Assembly (NCBI GenBank): GCA_043228905.1
Contig: JBHGNT010000007.1
Span: forward strand, 11,904,001 to 11,968,000
Length of the DNA stretch: 64,000 nt
Reading direction: 5' to 3'
DNA from: Azolla caroliniana
Taxonomy: Eukaryota; Plantae; Polypodiophyta
The translations under genes and the position numbers were made by a program. How positions within the stretch are numbered: the first letter of the stretch is position 1; each line of letters begins with the position of its first letter. The notes beneath the pieces were generated by a model. The model made no database searches, was not told where the DNA came from, and worked only from the letters and a program-made list of their open reading frames with translations. Shown here in pieces: positions 51,090-64,000 of the stretch.

Positions 51090-51608
51090 GTGGACATATA
51101 CTATCCACAAGAATACCAATCAAAGACAAAGAGATATTAAATGTGTTTCAAAGGAATGTTGTATTTATATAGGATCCTTATTTACAATAACAAGACTTTC
51201 AAAATGCTCAAATAGGAGAAGTGGAAATATATTACCCACAAGAATGGCAATCAAAGAAGAGAGATATTAAATGTGTTTCAAAGGAATGCAGTATTTATAT
51301 AGGGTCTCCATTTACAAAAACCAAGCTTTCAAAATGCTCAAATAGGAGAAGTGGACATTTATCACTCATAAGAATGGTAATCAAAGAAGAGAGAGATTAA
51401 ATGTGTTTCAGAGGAGTGCCATAATTATATAGGCTCTTCATTTAAAATAACCAGGCTTTCAAAACGCTCAAATAGGAGAAGTGGACATGTCTATCACTCA
51501 AGAATGGCAATCAAAGAAGAGAAATATTAAATGTGTTTCAAAGGAGTGTCATAATTGTATAGGTTCTTCATTTACAATAACCAAACTTTCACAACGCTCA
51601 AATAAGAG
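51090..51608. repeat. Four ~130-bp tandem units
   Basis: GTGGA…CAAGAATGGCAATCAAAGAAGAGAGATATTAAATGTGTTTCAAAGG; starts 51090, 51221, 51351, 51481. Confidence 0.92.
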
Positions 51609-52098
51609 GCATGGTCTTTTGCACAATCATTTTTTCCTTCAAACTTATCATGCAATCGTCTAACATTACCAACGATGACGAGCTTTTACTCTTGAAGTCA
51701 ATAAAGTTAAATGCTCTAGAGCCAAGAAAACGAAACATCAAAATACTCATTTGATGATAGAGCAAATTATACAAGACAAAAAGAGGATAATTGATGGCTT
51801 TTGATCTCCTCTCCTTTCGAAATTCACTGAAGAAAGTTATCTTATGCCCAATTAAGAGAAATAGTATAAACTTTAAAGGGCTATTTTTAACAATAAGTTG
51901 GAAGTAGAACTACTAACATGTCCCTTTCTCATTAGGTGGAAGAGTATCATACCTACCTACCACTTCTTGGTGAAAAGTTTAATTATGATCCATTATTATT
52001 GTAGTGTAAGTTGCATCATTTTTACAACATATTTAGTGAAGAGCTCAATATCATCCATTATTATGATAGTGTCAACTGCATCATTTTTTACAACATAT

Positions 52099-55000
52099 TT
52101 AAAGAATAGAAGAACCCATTGCATTCACATATAAAGGTTCCTCCTTTGGCAGCAAATCAATTTGTCTTTCGAACAATTTCCCTCCTTGATCATAGCTCTC
52201 ACTTGGCCTTGAACCCATCCCACGCATAATCTCTAATCTGGCAATATTTTCCAAAGCATTTTGGATGTTTCCATCATGCCTGAAAGGAGATGTTTCATGT
52301 AGCAAAACGCTTGCCTCATGGTGACTGCTATTCCTTGAAGATGGCACATCATGAGTGTGCTTGCCTTCATATGTTGTTATGACTGCTTTGGGGTCTTTGG
52401 ATGATCTCTCAACGTGCTTTCTCACCGAGCAACCCATGTGGGTGCACTTGTAATAGCTCCTATGAAACCGCCAAATTATGAGGCCCAAATTTGAATGGAA
52501 AGACCATAAAAAAGAACCAAATAGGTAATAATGTATGTAGTAAAGAAAAGGAGAGATCCTCATAGGAGGTACAACGCACTTTTGGGGGTGGAAAATCCAA
52601 ACATGGGGAGGCCGGTAACTTGCCGGACAAAAGAATATGTATATACATGGACATATTATCATATACATATACATATATATCCCCAAGAACTAACATGTGT
52701 GTGTGTGTGTGTGAATATATATATATATATATGTATGTATATATACATACATTTGTTGGCCAATAATATAGTAAACAATGATGAGAGCAAATCTTGTCCA
52801 CCTCTCATGAATCATAAATCTTAGATCGACATAGAAAACACACATTCTTAATACACTCACAAAAACAAAGAAACAGAGGTAGAGCATGGATGGGTGCATT
52901 TGTGTCCAAACCTTGGATGGTCGTTGCCCTTGACAACTTTTTGTCCATACTTGCGCCATTTGTAACCGTCATCAAGAATATCGATCTCACTCGCCGTTTG
53001 AACTACTACTCTTGGCTCTCGAACCGTCCAGACTGGTGCATTTACATTACTATTATTGCTTTCTAGTTTCCTAATAATAACACATACATACAATGGAGTC
53101 AATCCACAACTCATCACTCTTTTAACACCACACAATCCATCCCCTAATTTAACACCACCTTTACCAATGGGACTTAATGAAACAACACCCGATCAATCGA
53201 TTGTGCATTTATTATTACCGTCGTTTGGATCCAGGATCAATGTCGTCCTCACCATTAAAATCTTCGGCTAATTCGCCACCCTCATCTTCACTGACTGATC
53301 CGACTGATGGCTCGCTAGGAGTAGTACCTAAACAAACCAAACCAAACCGTGTTCTCAATACTTACCCCAATTTGTGTTTGTCTGACATTATCCATTGATG
53401 AAATCCTTCGCTAATATTTACCTTGTAGTCGTGAGTTATTCCTGCGACTTGTTGGTGGTTTGGGATGATTATGCTCCCCTTTATACACAATTTCTGTGAT
53501 TTGTCCATCATACGAGCGCTCAAGTTTCTTGGTTACATGACAAGATGCATATGTACACTTATAGTAACTCCGAGGGAACTCGCCCCCTTTAACTTGCTTT
53601 TGTCCATACTTCCTCCAATTGTAGCCATCTTCATTAGGTTTCTGCCCGGGAGTACAAGCTTGACCAGGAACCGCAAAGCTTCGAGAACATGAAACCTGTG
53701 CCTGTGCCTGTGCCTGTTCACAGGAGGATGGTGAGGGTCGGGTCTCTGGTTTGGGTCTCGATTCATCATCCACAGTGGCCGCTGCCGCTGTGATTAGATC
53801 TTGGGGACCATTAGTAGTAGTAGTAGTAGTAGTAGTAGGGCTACTAGCATTATAATTATGGACAATATATGGGGAGGAAGGCAGCGGTGCAGTAATTGGG
53901 TGTGAAATATTATTATTATAAGAAGGGTCTTGAAGGTGGGGTGATTTTTTAATCAACACAAAATCTCCTTGACATTTCAGAGAATGATGAAGGCCGCCAT
54001 TGATGGCATGATGATGATGAGGGGATCCTTGGTTCGCCCCATTCGTTTCTTCTGCTTCTGACGGAACAGTTTCATAAGTTTTTTGTGTTGAGGAGGGTGG
54101 GGATGCTTCTGGTACCTAGGGGAAGGAAAGAAGCAGCACCTCATCATACATAACATACAGATATATATATATATATATATATACACACTGTATATATACA
54201 TAACATACCTACATATATGTACATATACTTACATACAGATACATACAGATAGATAGATAGAGCTATGACCTGCACCAATGTCCTCAGAAACAACACAGAC
54301 ACCCGCATGTAGTATGTATATAATATGTGCACATATGTACATACATACATACATACATACATACATACATACAGTGGACATACATACATACCTGTCCGGA
54401 GTTAAATAGCATCGGAGAATCTATGAGGTGCTGCTGCATGAAGGCAGTTACAGCAGCAGTGCCTAATATGTTGTTGTTGTTGTTGTTGTTGTTGTTATTC
54501 ATATGGTTCCTCTCATTGTGATTAAAAGACGCAGCTGCAGGATGAGGACCTTCAAATCCTATGATTCCGTAAAACACGAATTTAAAGGACTCAATTTAGG
54601 AAATCAAACAAGAAGTTATCCATTCTATGTAGTATCAGTATGCATACATAAAAAATAATTTAATCTCCATTTATATATATCAGCAGGATCATCTAGGGAA
54701 TAAATAATCAACTCGAGACATTGAAGAAATGAAAATCATTATATGACACCACAAACTAATAGAAAGAAGATAAGGCGTGTCCTGATATAATAAGCCCGTC
54801 ACAATTCAGCAAAGAATTAGGAATCATCTCTCAGATTCGTTACCCACTCACAATTGAACACATGTATTGTTGAATTTCTTACAGTTACCTGCAGAGAAAA
54901 TTTGATCCGAGATGAGGAACTCATGATCCCCTCTCTTGATATCACCGAATATCTCATCGTCACTAGTTAATGTGTTGTTGTTGTTGCGAGGAGAGTAGAG

Positions 55001-55252
55001 AATCTGATGATGATGATGATCCTTATAACCATCAGCATCATCATCATCATCATATTTATGATGAATACGATGATGATGATTTATGTGAGCGGTGTGCAGC
55101 AAGGGGCTGAAGGATTTGATGAGATTGAAATTGAAATTGAAATTGAAATTGTTATTGCTGGTGTTGATGTGGTAGATATCGTCTGCATTGAGGACTCGAG
55201 AGGCGGTATTACTAGGGCTGACATCATCCATGGTCTCCTCTACTACTATCAT
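52099..55252 (-). CDS. Group I WRKY transcription factor (two WRKY domains, C2H2 fingers), ~617 aa, 6 exons
   Basis: Exons 55252-54889, 54558-54392, 54115-53422, 53327-53219, 53070-52912, 52459-52099; GT-AG, in frame (1854 nt). [11 protein letters not shown]…C-X4-C…HNH and [11 protein letters not shown]…C-X4-C…HTH, with the conserved PR intron. Start codon could instead be 55231. Confidence 0.93.
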
Positions 55253-55471
55253 CACTGCAGGAATAGGAATAGGAATAGGAATAGGAATGGAGGAAGCATG
55301 GAGCCTGCAGGAGCCGTCTCTCTCTCATGTTTACACAAACAAAGTAGTGCTTAATTTGAAGGTTTTGAACGATTCCATGGGAGATGGTGGCGGCAGGTGA
55401 GAGACAGAGAGAGACAGAGAGAGACAGAGAGAGAGACACACACACACACACGAAGGCGTGTGTGTCTTCAA

Positions 55472-55494
55472 AGTCAAGAGGGGTATATATTTAT
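55472..55494 (-). promoter_or_regulatory. Candidate TATA box with adjacent W-box upstream of the WRKY gene
   Basis: Minus strand TAAATATATACCCCTC-TTGACT, followed by a (TG)/(TC)-repeat leader. Confidence 0.4.
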
Positions 55495-58400
55495 TTTTTG
55501 TTATCTAATAATTATTTATAGATAAATTGGATGTATGTACACACACATGTAGCTATATATGTATATGTATGCATATGTATAGATATATATACATATACAT
55601 AATACATACATATATATATGTGTATTGCATATGTATATATGTAGATGTATGTATGGGTTGTTTTTTTGGTGTGTGTTGGGGGGGGGGGGGGGGGGGAGAT
55701 GTTATAACAAACAAATACTTCATAGATATTTTCTATATTTTCACAACACACATGCATACAAAGGTATGTAGGTATATTATATGTATACATATGCAATCCA
55801 CGAAGGAAGATGAAGTGTATAATTATAGCACAGCTTGTAGTATGAATAAAAGGTTGTGCTTTCGCCCTATCCACATGACTAACTCACTCTAATCTTGGCT
55901 AACACAAAAACTAAGCCCTCCTCATTATAATGCGTGTCATGCTCGTTCCGACTCGATACACTTCAACGTGAAAAAGTTTCCATGAACCATTAAGAAAGCG
56001 TACACAACCCGCAAAAATGGTGATGTGCCCACTGCCCATCCCACACACACACAAGTTGCCAATGCACTTTGTTGCTCATGGTTCTAATATGTCACCCTAT
56101 GATCAACATAATAGGCACACCTTTACAAGATGGCGACTTAGGCAACATAAATCCCATTTCCATTGTCAAATGGTTTCAATAGGATGTTAAGTCTCAATAT
56201 AGTTTGAACGCAAATGAATATAAAGTAGTCTTGGTTGTCACATTATAGGTGGTCACAATTCAGGATGGTTGGATATCCTCGTTACATTTTTCCATGTGTT
56301 GCATCCAAGCCGTTGGATGAAATCAATGCTAACATGCCATAGATGGTGTTGTTGGAGAAAGGATATGTAAAAATTGCAAATAGTGCCATTTGGTGAAAAA
56401 TATGATGCCATCACTAACACAAGCGATCAAAGGGACCATCATTAAAACGATGGTCTAGATATGATGCAAGTATATACTACCTTGACCAACTATGCGGAGA
56501 ACAAGCTACTTAGATGAAGTAACTAGTTACGGCCAAGCTCTATATAAGAGGCATCAATTACACTCGCACATGAGATCCATGACATCTAAAGCAAGTTGTC
56601 AATAGAAAATGGTGGTTACAAGAAGATTCACAAAGGCCAAGCATAAAATAACATTGTGAAACAATCATTCTCGTTAATATGTAACTAGCATGGCAAGAAA
56701 GTTTAATCCTATTTTGTGCACATTTCTATATCTTATGTACATAATGATATCATTTAAATGGTACACACACTTCGCACAAGAAAACGCCTGTTTCAATCAT
56801 AAAACAAAACTAAAAGATGGGGGGGGGGGGGGTTCAGAACCACCAGTTGTGTGGGAAAAGGTTCATTTCATCCATGAGAAATCTATGCACATGGTTTTTT
56901 TAAATACACTTTGAACATATGTGAAGTATTTGTAAAATAATCAATGTTTCCTTCATGGTTCTATCGTACAAGCACTTGATCATGAATGAATAATTTAAAT
57001 CTTATGTGATGGCAATCATATTGGCAAAAACGGTTTGAAAACGATGACTAAAGAGGTGTTCGACAAATATATTATATTTATGGCATGTATATAATAAGTT
57101 TTTCACTCGAAAGCTCTAAAAAGTCAAAGATAATAAAACTTCATGGAGTTTGATCAATCAACTAGATTTAAATCCCTAGTATAATCTCACATTATTATAT
57201 CTATTTAATATTAATCAACAAATTAAGAAAAATCCCATTGTTAGACATTTGATAAGCTCCACCATTGTTCATTATATTCCATATTTTGGTTATCAAAAGC
57301 TATGTTTGATGCTAACTCATTTCAAAGTAGATGAATCATATCATAAGCTAGCAAAAGAGTGATTACATTATTGGAACCTTAAGTTAACATGCCTTCAAGT
57401 TTGTTAGTGTTTTAAAAATTTGTCTTCCAAAATATGAGGGAAATAAACCTAGATTGCCATTTTCTATCTCATGCAACAAATGCTTTTGACCTCTTCATCA
57501 TTGGTTGGCTTAAACATTGGACTATGGACTCGTATGAGGATGTTTCGATAGATTAAGTGTGTGTTCAAGGAATTCATTCAACATGAATATATTACATTAC
57601 AAACCTCAAGGATCCTTTTTTACGCGATGAGAAATACAATATTTAACCATTGGTACACCTTTAATACATCTAGCAATATTCTCAACCAAGTTTGGTCAAT
57701 TTTATGATTGCATCATTATTATAGTGTTATGCTACATTATGTTATTTATCAATATTGATTAAGTACTAGCACCACAATAATTTTCAAAATGTTGAAATCA
57801 CGTGAGTTACATGAATGTGGGAAAATATGTTACATTCATTATCTTTACATATACCAAATAATAGGTAGCTTACTTTGGTATAATGGAAAGTAGTCGTGCA
57901 TTTATGCACATTTATACATGTATGACGACAAGTGGAAGACGAGTAGGTATAGATGCACTCGTATCCCTTAAGACAATGCCATTTGGAATACAAAATAGGC
58001 TAGTTTCTTAGTTGTCGACACACTCATAAAGCTGTTCATTTACATAATAAACATTCATTTTTATTTAAGTTTGACTTGTATGTCCATATGGTCGCTAACC
58101 TTCACAATATAAAATTGATTGGAGTTGTATTGGGTTATAAACATATGAAATTCAGAATCCATGTTGCATTTGATTTGATATTTTTAATTCCACATATGAT
58201 TAAAAAAGACTAAAGGCAATATATTCTAATGTAGTAGGAAGAATTGAATATGTTGAATGGTTCTTAGGTTCATGTTGAGGAATAGAACATATGTTTTCCC
58301 TTTGATCCATTCTTAAATTAATTGATGAGGAGGTTATGTTATTTTTAAAACCGTGGGCACAATGACCATGCGATAACAAATCATAAATTATCTGCACTTT

Positions 58401-58959
58401 GAATTGCAAAAACAATACAAGTTTGGTGGTTAATGATCATATACAACTAAATTAAAAGATCACAACTTCGAAAAGAAAAAAGAAAAAAGGAATCAAATCC
58501 TTGTTAATAACAACTTTGATGATGATTGCTAGCTTGTGAGTGATGTTAAGAATTTCTTTTTTTAATAACAGAATCCATGAAATCTACAAGCACTAGCATG
58601 AGACAAAGCAATAAGATGAAGTTGATAAACGATGTAAACATTTGTGAAAAAGGAACAATTATTTGATTGTGTTAAATTGTGTAGGTTTATAAGCTTTTCA
58701 TCAACAAATCCATAGAGATGTAAAATACATGGAACATTACATCTTAATGATTCACATAATGAAAACATTATTTGTTTTCTATATGGCATACCGAAGAGAA
58801 CGTGTGGAAAAGTAAGACTAAGTAGAGCCAACATCCTCACCATAATTCACTATTTTATAAAGAACTTTTGAAATATCTCTAATCATGTGATATACATATA
58901 TATAAAACGAGGTTAAGAAAAAAATTAGGGGTCAAATAAATATAGATATGATCGAAGAG

Positions 58960-61900
58960 AAACATCCTCTTTGGAGCAGCGGAGCGGTGCGCTAGTGCAG
59001 GGCGGAGGTTTGCTGTATGAGCTTCTCACCAGGAGGTCCGACATAGCAGAGCAGCGGCGCAGGAGGTTTGACCCACGCCAGTGAGTAGCGGAAACGGAGC
59101 CGGAGCAGGAGCAATTTTGAACCATGCCAGTGCAGAGAGGAGGTCTGCAGACATGGGGCACAGAAGCCTCTCTCTGCTCGTCACAACCTCCCCACCGTTG
59201 CTGCTTCACCCTCCTTTAGTTCGAGGAGTATATAATTTAGGGTCCTGTTGAGATTATTTTCAATAACGAAGAAACTTCTACTTGAGCAAGAGATAGAGCG
59301 CCTTGAGCGAATAACAATCATATGCTGTGTGATGGGATCACGACCAAACAGAGGATTGTTGTGAGATATGCTGCAAGCTAAATTTCATTCACATCTACGT
59401 GGTATAAAAGAAGTCCAACCGCTTGGTAAAGGCTTCTATCAAATCATACTAGAGGACAATGATTCTGCAGTGAACCTGATAGCAATATCTCCCTGCTAGG
59501 TCCGAAACGCATGGTTGTTCATGCGTAAATGGACACATGGTTTTAACCCAGAGAAAGCCGCGCAACAGGATGATTCAATGAAAAAGGTAACAATCTTATT
59601 TCCGGGATTATCCTTAGAATACAACATGTTACTTCCTACTATTGGAAACTCCTTGGGTATGATGTTGGACGATGAACTAACGCTAGCGGACAGGCCAAAG
59701 AAACACCTAGACCCTCCCTCTATCCGCCTCTTGGTGCATGACATCAACAAACTTCCTTCGAAGATCCTCATTCCGAGGAAAAACGGAATACGGATTGAAC
59801 AACGCATAGAAGTGATCGGCACATCGGGACATGTTTTGCATGCAAAAATCTTGGTCATTTAAAAAAGAACTGCCCCATGAGACGCATTAAGGATTCCACC
59901 ATGGAGACCTTGGACGTTCGGGACACCATAGGAAATCAGAAGCCTCCCCCACCACGCCCCGATAAGGCTGTGATGGAATGGCGAGTGGTGGGGAAATCCC
60001 ATGTCCTACATAAAACTCCATCGCCAGTGAGCCCCAATCGTTTTGATCTACTACAAGAGCTCCCCCCCACAGATGAGCACTCCCCAGTGCTTTCTTAAGC
60101 CCCAAGGAAAGACCCAAGGTTACCCCAAACACACAAGAGAAAATCCTCGTTAAAGGTTACAAAACAGGGAAGTGACGAAGGATAAGTCATGTTAAGACCC
60201 TAATGTGGAGCTTTAATGGAGCTGCACCCAATGTAGAAACAACAAACCAAGGCAGTAGTTTGAATATCACACCTCAGATCATAGCCTTCCTAGCCATAAA
60301 TGAGGGTGATACATCTAGCCAGGACCTTGAACCACACCCGCAAAATGCCCTGAAATGGCTAGGTATAAGGCATACGATAGTGGACAAAATAAGGGTACAT
60401 GTATCGGCGGTACACAATAATGGAGTACCGACGACCTCAATTTCTTTTCCACTCTTGTTTCCGGCACAAGAGGACTGGTCCAAGTCCAAGATCAAAGATA
60501 CCCTATGCAATCATGCAACCTATTTTGTCACAGAAATAAGAGATGAAGCCCTCATGAACGAACTAAAGAAGCTTTGGAATAACACAGAATTCTGGTGCAC
60601 CATGGATGAAGAGGAACCTCATCTCTGCCACATCCACATGCGGATTATCATAGACACCTAGCTAACTCCAGGCTTCTTCTATTTCTATGAGAAGCAGGAA
60701 GGGACTATTGAAGCTCACCGGATAGCCCACAAACTCCACTCTTGGATTTGGACCAACATTCCATCCCTGGAAATGACAGGATGTCTAAATGGTGAGTGCT
60801 CCCCTCTCACGACTTGTTGTGCAAAACACCAGGAATAACTGGCAATCTCCCACCCCATTCCATGAGTATGAAGATTGTAACATGGAACATGCAAGGGCTC
60901 AAAAGTCGACTAGACTAGCAAAATAGATGGAAACTGAGAAGGAATCTTGAAGAATATTTATTAGGGAGTGTTGCTGATATCATCATGTTGCAGGAACACC
61001 ACCTCGATAACACGCGGTTAAAAGAAGTCGGAGACCTTCTACCAGGATCATGGCAAACAATTTGGGAGCCTTCAATAGGGAAGGATGGCAATCATGGTGG
61101 TATTTGCACTTTGATTCGGGAACATCTACCCCAAGGCTTAATACACTAGGAATCACTTATACCTGGTAGGGCACATTTTTGCACGTTGGCCATCCAAGGG
61201 CAACACTGGAATTTCATGAATGTTTATGCTCCAAATAGTAGAACAGAAAGGGCATCATTCTGGGACTGCATCCACCTACAAATAGCGGGTGTGGAAGAGT
61301 GGTGCATTGGAGGGGATTTTAATATGATTGAATCCATTCACGATAGCTCCAACAACCAACCCATAGTTCTACAAAGAAGGGAACGTAAACAATGGGAGAA
61401 GCTCTGTGTACACCTTAACCTGCGAAACATCTGGCATTCTGACAACTTCCAACGAAAAATGGATTCTCTCTTATTCTCCCATTCAGACGGGCGGAATAGT
61501 GGACCCACCCTATCTCGCATCGACCGCATTTATGTGGACGAGGCTCTAGAAGCGAAGGGAGGGTGGTGTCGCATAGCTCCAAGCACGACTTTCTCTGACC
61601 ATTACCCGGTAGTTGGTCATTTTCAATTGCACCGGAAATGGGGCCCATTCTAGACTTGCATCCCACACACTATTTACACATTTATAGAGGTGAAGGAACA
61701 ACTCTCCAACCAATGGTCATTACCTGTCAATGATTCATCAACATCTGACCAACTTCTAGCTAAATTAACAAGAGCTTCAACTCTCCTACATGAGATTGTC
61801 AAGACTAGAAGCAAGGATGCTCAAGAGAAGCGATAGAGGACAAAACGGGGACTAATAGCCTTACAATGACTCCAAGAGAGATACATGTCATGAAGTTGGA

Positions 61901-63381
61901 TCGTAGGACAAGTCGCCATGGCCAAACATGAACTCGGCATGGTGGAAAAGGAAATTTATGACATGGAGTTTCATGGAAGCCTGTCGCGATGGATTCAAGT
62001 AGGGGACAAAACCATGAAGGAATTCTTCCGCTCCAAAGGCCCGAGGCCCGCTAGAATAGTGATGCATAGCCTCAACCGAGAGGATGGAACGACCACTAAG
62101 GATGGTGACGAAATGAGGAATATTGCCACAAGTTACTATAACCGCCTACTTACCAAAGATACTATGGCTACAGGGGAAGACATAAGAGAAGATATTATCC
62201 TCCAAAGCATACCCGAGAAAGTCATTCCGGAAATGAATACATGGCTCGTGCGTCCCCTATCAATCATCGAGATATGGGAGGCCCTCTCGGATCTGGATGC
62301 CGATAGTTGCCCTGGAATCGACGGCCTCACCCCGCACTTTTTCACATGCCTTTGGGACACTATTAAAGAAGACCTCCTCCAGGCATATGAGGAGATCATC
62401 ACCTCTGGAAGCATGCCGGAGAAATTTGGCCAGGGGATGATACATCTCATTCCTAAAAGTGGTGGGAGTGCCAACGACATTAGCAAGTGTCGGCCCATTA
62501 CTCTTCTCAATACTGTCTATAAGTTGCTCGCAAAAATTGTGGCACGCCGTTTAACACCACTTCTACCTCAACTCATTCATCCGTCCTAGACAGGGTTCGT
62601 TAGAAATCGGAGCATCCTAGAGACATGGATCAAAGGCATTGCAGGACTTTATAGGAACGACAACAGTTGCGTTTCACTGGCAGGTGAAAGGGGCCCCTTT
62701 TTCCGAATATTCCGACCTGTACAATAGGGATGTCCACTAGCTCCATCCTTATTTCTATTATACGCTGAAGCATTCTCTTGCTTTCTCAACTCACGGCATC
62801 TCAACCTACGCGGTCTTCCTGTACCTCATTCTCACCATAGCATCTTGGATATAGAATTTGCAGATGACACAATGGTCTACCTGCAAGGGGACTTGGAAAA
62901 CCTCCAAAAGCTAGAAAGTGGGTTAGTCGTATTTTGCAAGAGATCCAATGCCATGATCAATTGGCACAAATCCTGCACAATATGACTTTCTCATGAAACA
63001 CATCCAGCGTGGCACCCACATCCCGCTTTCAAATGGATCAATCAAGGAGCGAGCACCAAATATTTGGGCTTCCAAATTGGTTTCAACATACCGCCAGAGA
63101 CTATGATTGCACCCGTTATCCATTCATTCCATTCGACAAAAGCTGATACATGGGAGTTCAAAAAAACTGTCGCTAGCAGGTCACATCATAGTGGCAAACC
63201 TGGTAATACTCGCAATAGCATGGTACAGTCTATCTTGCTGGACAATCTCCAAGGAAAGTATACATAAGATTCAACGACTAGTCCACAACTACATTTGGTT
63301 TGGTAAGGAAGACCATGTAACTCGCGCCAAGGTGGCGTGGCCTATACTCACAGCGCCTAAGTCGAGAGGGGGATTGGGTCT
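58960..63381 (+). mobile_element. Decayed L1-like LINE (ORF1 and ORF2), 3' end cut by a Copia insertion
   Basis: ORF1: GKGFYQI, RKWTHGFNP, CFACKNLGHLKKNCP knuckle. Endonuclease: TWNMQGL, LQEHH, NVYAPN, GGDFN, RIDRIY, SDHYPV. RT: PGIDGL, RPITLLN, GCPLAP, EFADD. Many stops; 5' boundary approximate. Confidence 0.9.
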
Positions 63382-64000
63382 TGTAAAGAATCAGATATGA
63401 TTCTTGTGTAGCGGAATAGGTGAGAGATGTATGTTATGTGAGTGAGTGAGTGAGAGAGAGTGAGAGAGAGACAAGGAGTAAAACACAGAGAATACGCAAG
63501 GTTAAGTATATTAACAAAGGAGAAAGACTCAACATAATACAAGGTGGGAAGAGGGTGCTTTATATAGTCACCCTCTCTCTTCATTAACTACACGACTCAT
63601 GGAGCATGGGGAATGTGAAAGATCATAAGTTATGTGTCATAGAATATGATTCTATGACTCATACTAAATGCTAGAATACAAAGATGTGAGATAATGGTGA
63701 CTCTTGACCGTTGGAGTGTCTATTCACTCTCAAGGTGAGTTCACACACTATACCAAGTTGAGCTTGATTCTCAACACGCCCCCTCAAGCTCAAGTCGGGT
63801 CGGTTTCAGACGGTATCCAAAATCTGCTTCGACTCGCGTTCCGGAGTCCGCGTCGACTCACATTTATGTGGAGTTGCGGAATCCGTGCTCCAGCTTGCGT
63901 TGTGCGTAGTTGCGAAGTCTGTGCTTCGGCTTGCGTCTTTCTTCGCGGCTTTGCGCGGTAGATCGGCTCTTCGCGGCTTTGTTGCGCAGTTGCGGAATCC
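63382..64000 (-). mobile_element. 3' end of a Copia element (3' LTR 63382-63776 and PPT), continues beyond window
   Basis: Minus strand TTGAGCTTGAGGGGGCG|TGTTGAGAATCAAGCTCAAC, the same junction as 16070-16107; LTR bounded TG…CA. Confidence 0.87.

Overview
Eukaryotic, land-plant-type genomic DNA. A non-seed plant such as a fern is my inference from the retroelement content; it is not proven. Bases 1-~34,000 are a deep nest of decayed LTR retrotransposons: (i) a Gypsy lineage (G1) whose LTRs start TGTCG, present as one partial element plus four solo LTRs; (ii) an Athila/Tat-like non-chromoviral Gypsy lineage with an extra 3' ORF (three partial copies plus one non-autonomous derivative); (iii) several Copia elements, one full-length with a perfect TSD. 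Bases ~34,000-64,000 hold two intact-looking spliced genes (a single-RRM RNA-binding protein on +, a group I WRKY factor on -), minisatellites, LINE fragments, a decayed near-full-length L1-like LINE and the end of another Copia. Three observations stand out. (1) Two elements carry a conserved, covarying tRNA-Arg-like 3'-end (…CCCACGGGCGTGCCA) exactly where the polypurine tract should be; the non-autonomous copy has inward-facing tRNA-complementary sites at both ends. (2) All five G1-family insertions sit at a 4-bp target centred on CpG (NCGN). (3) G1-family LTRs carry tRNA-derived Pol III A/B-box cassettes and a sequence-variable terminal hairpin. Family names and tRNA assignments come from motif recognition and memory, not from database searches.
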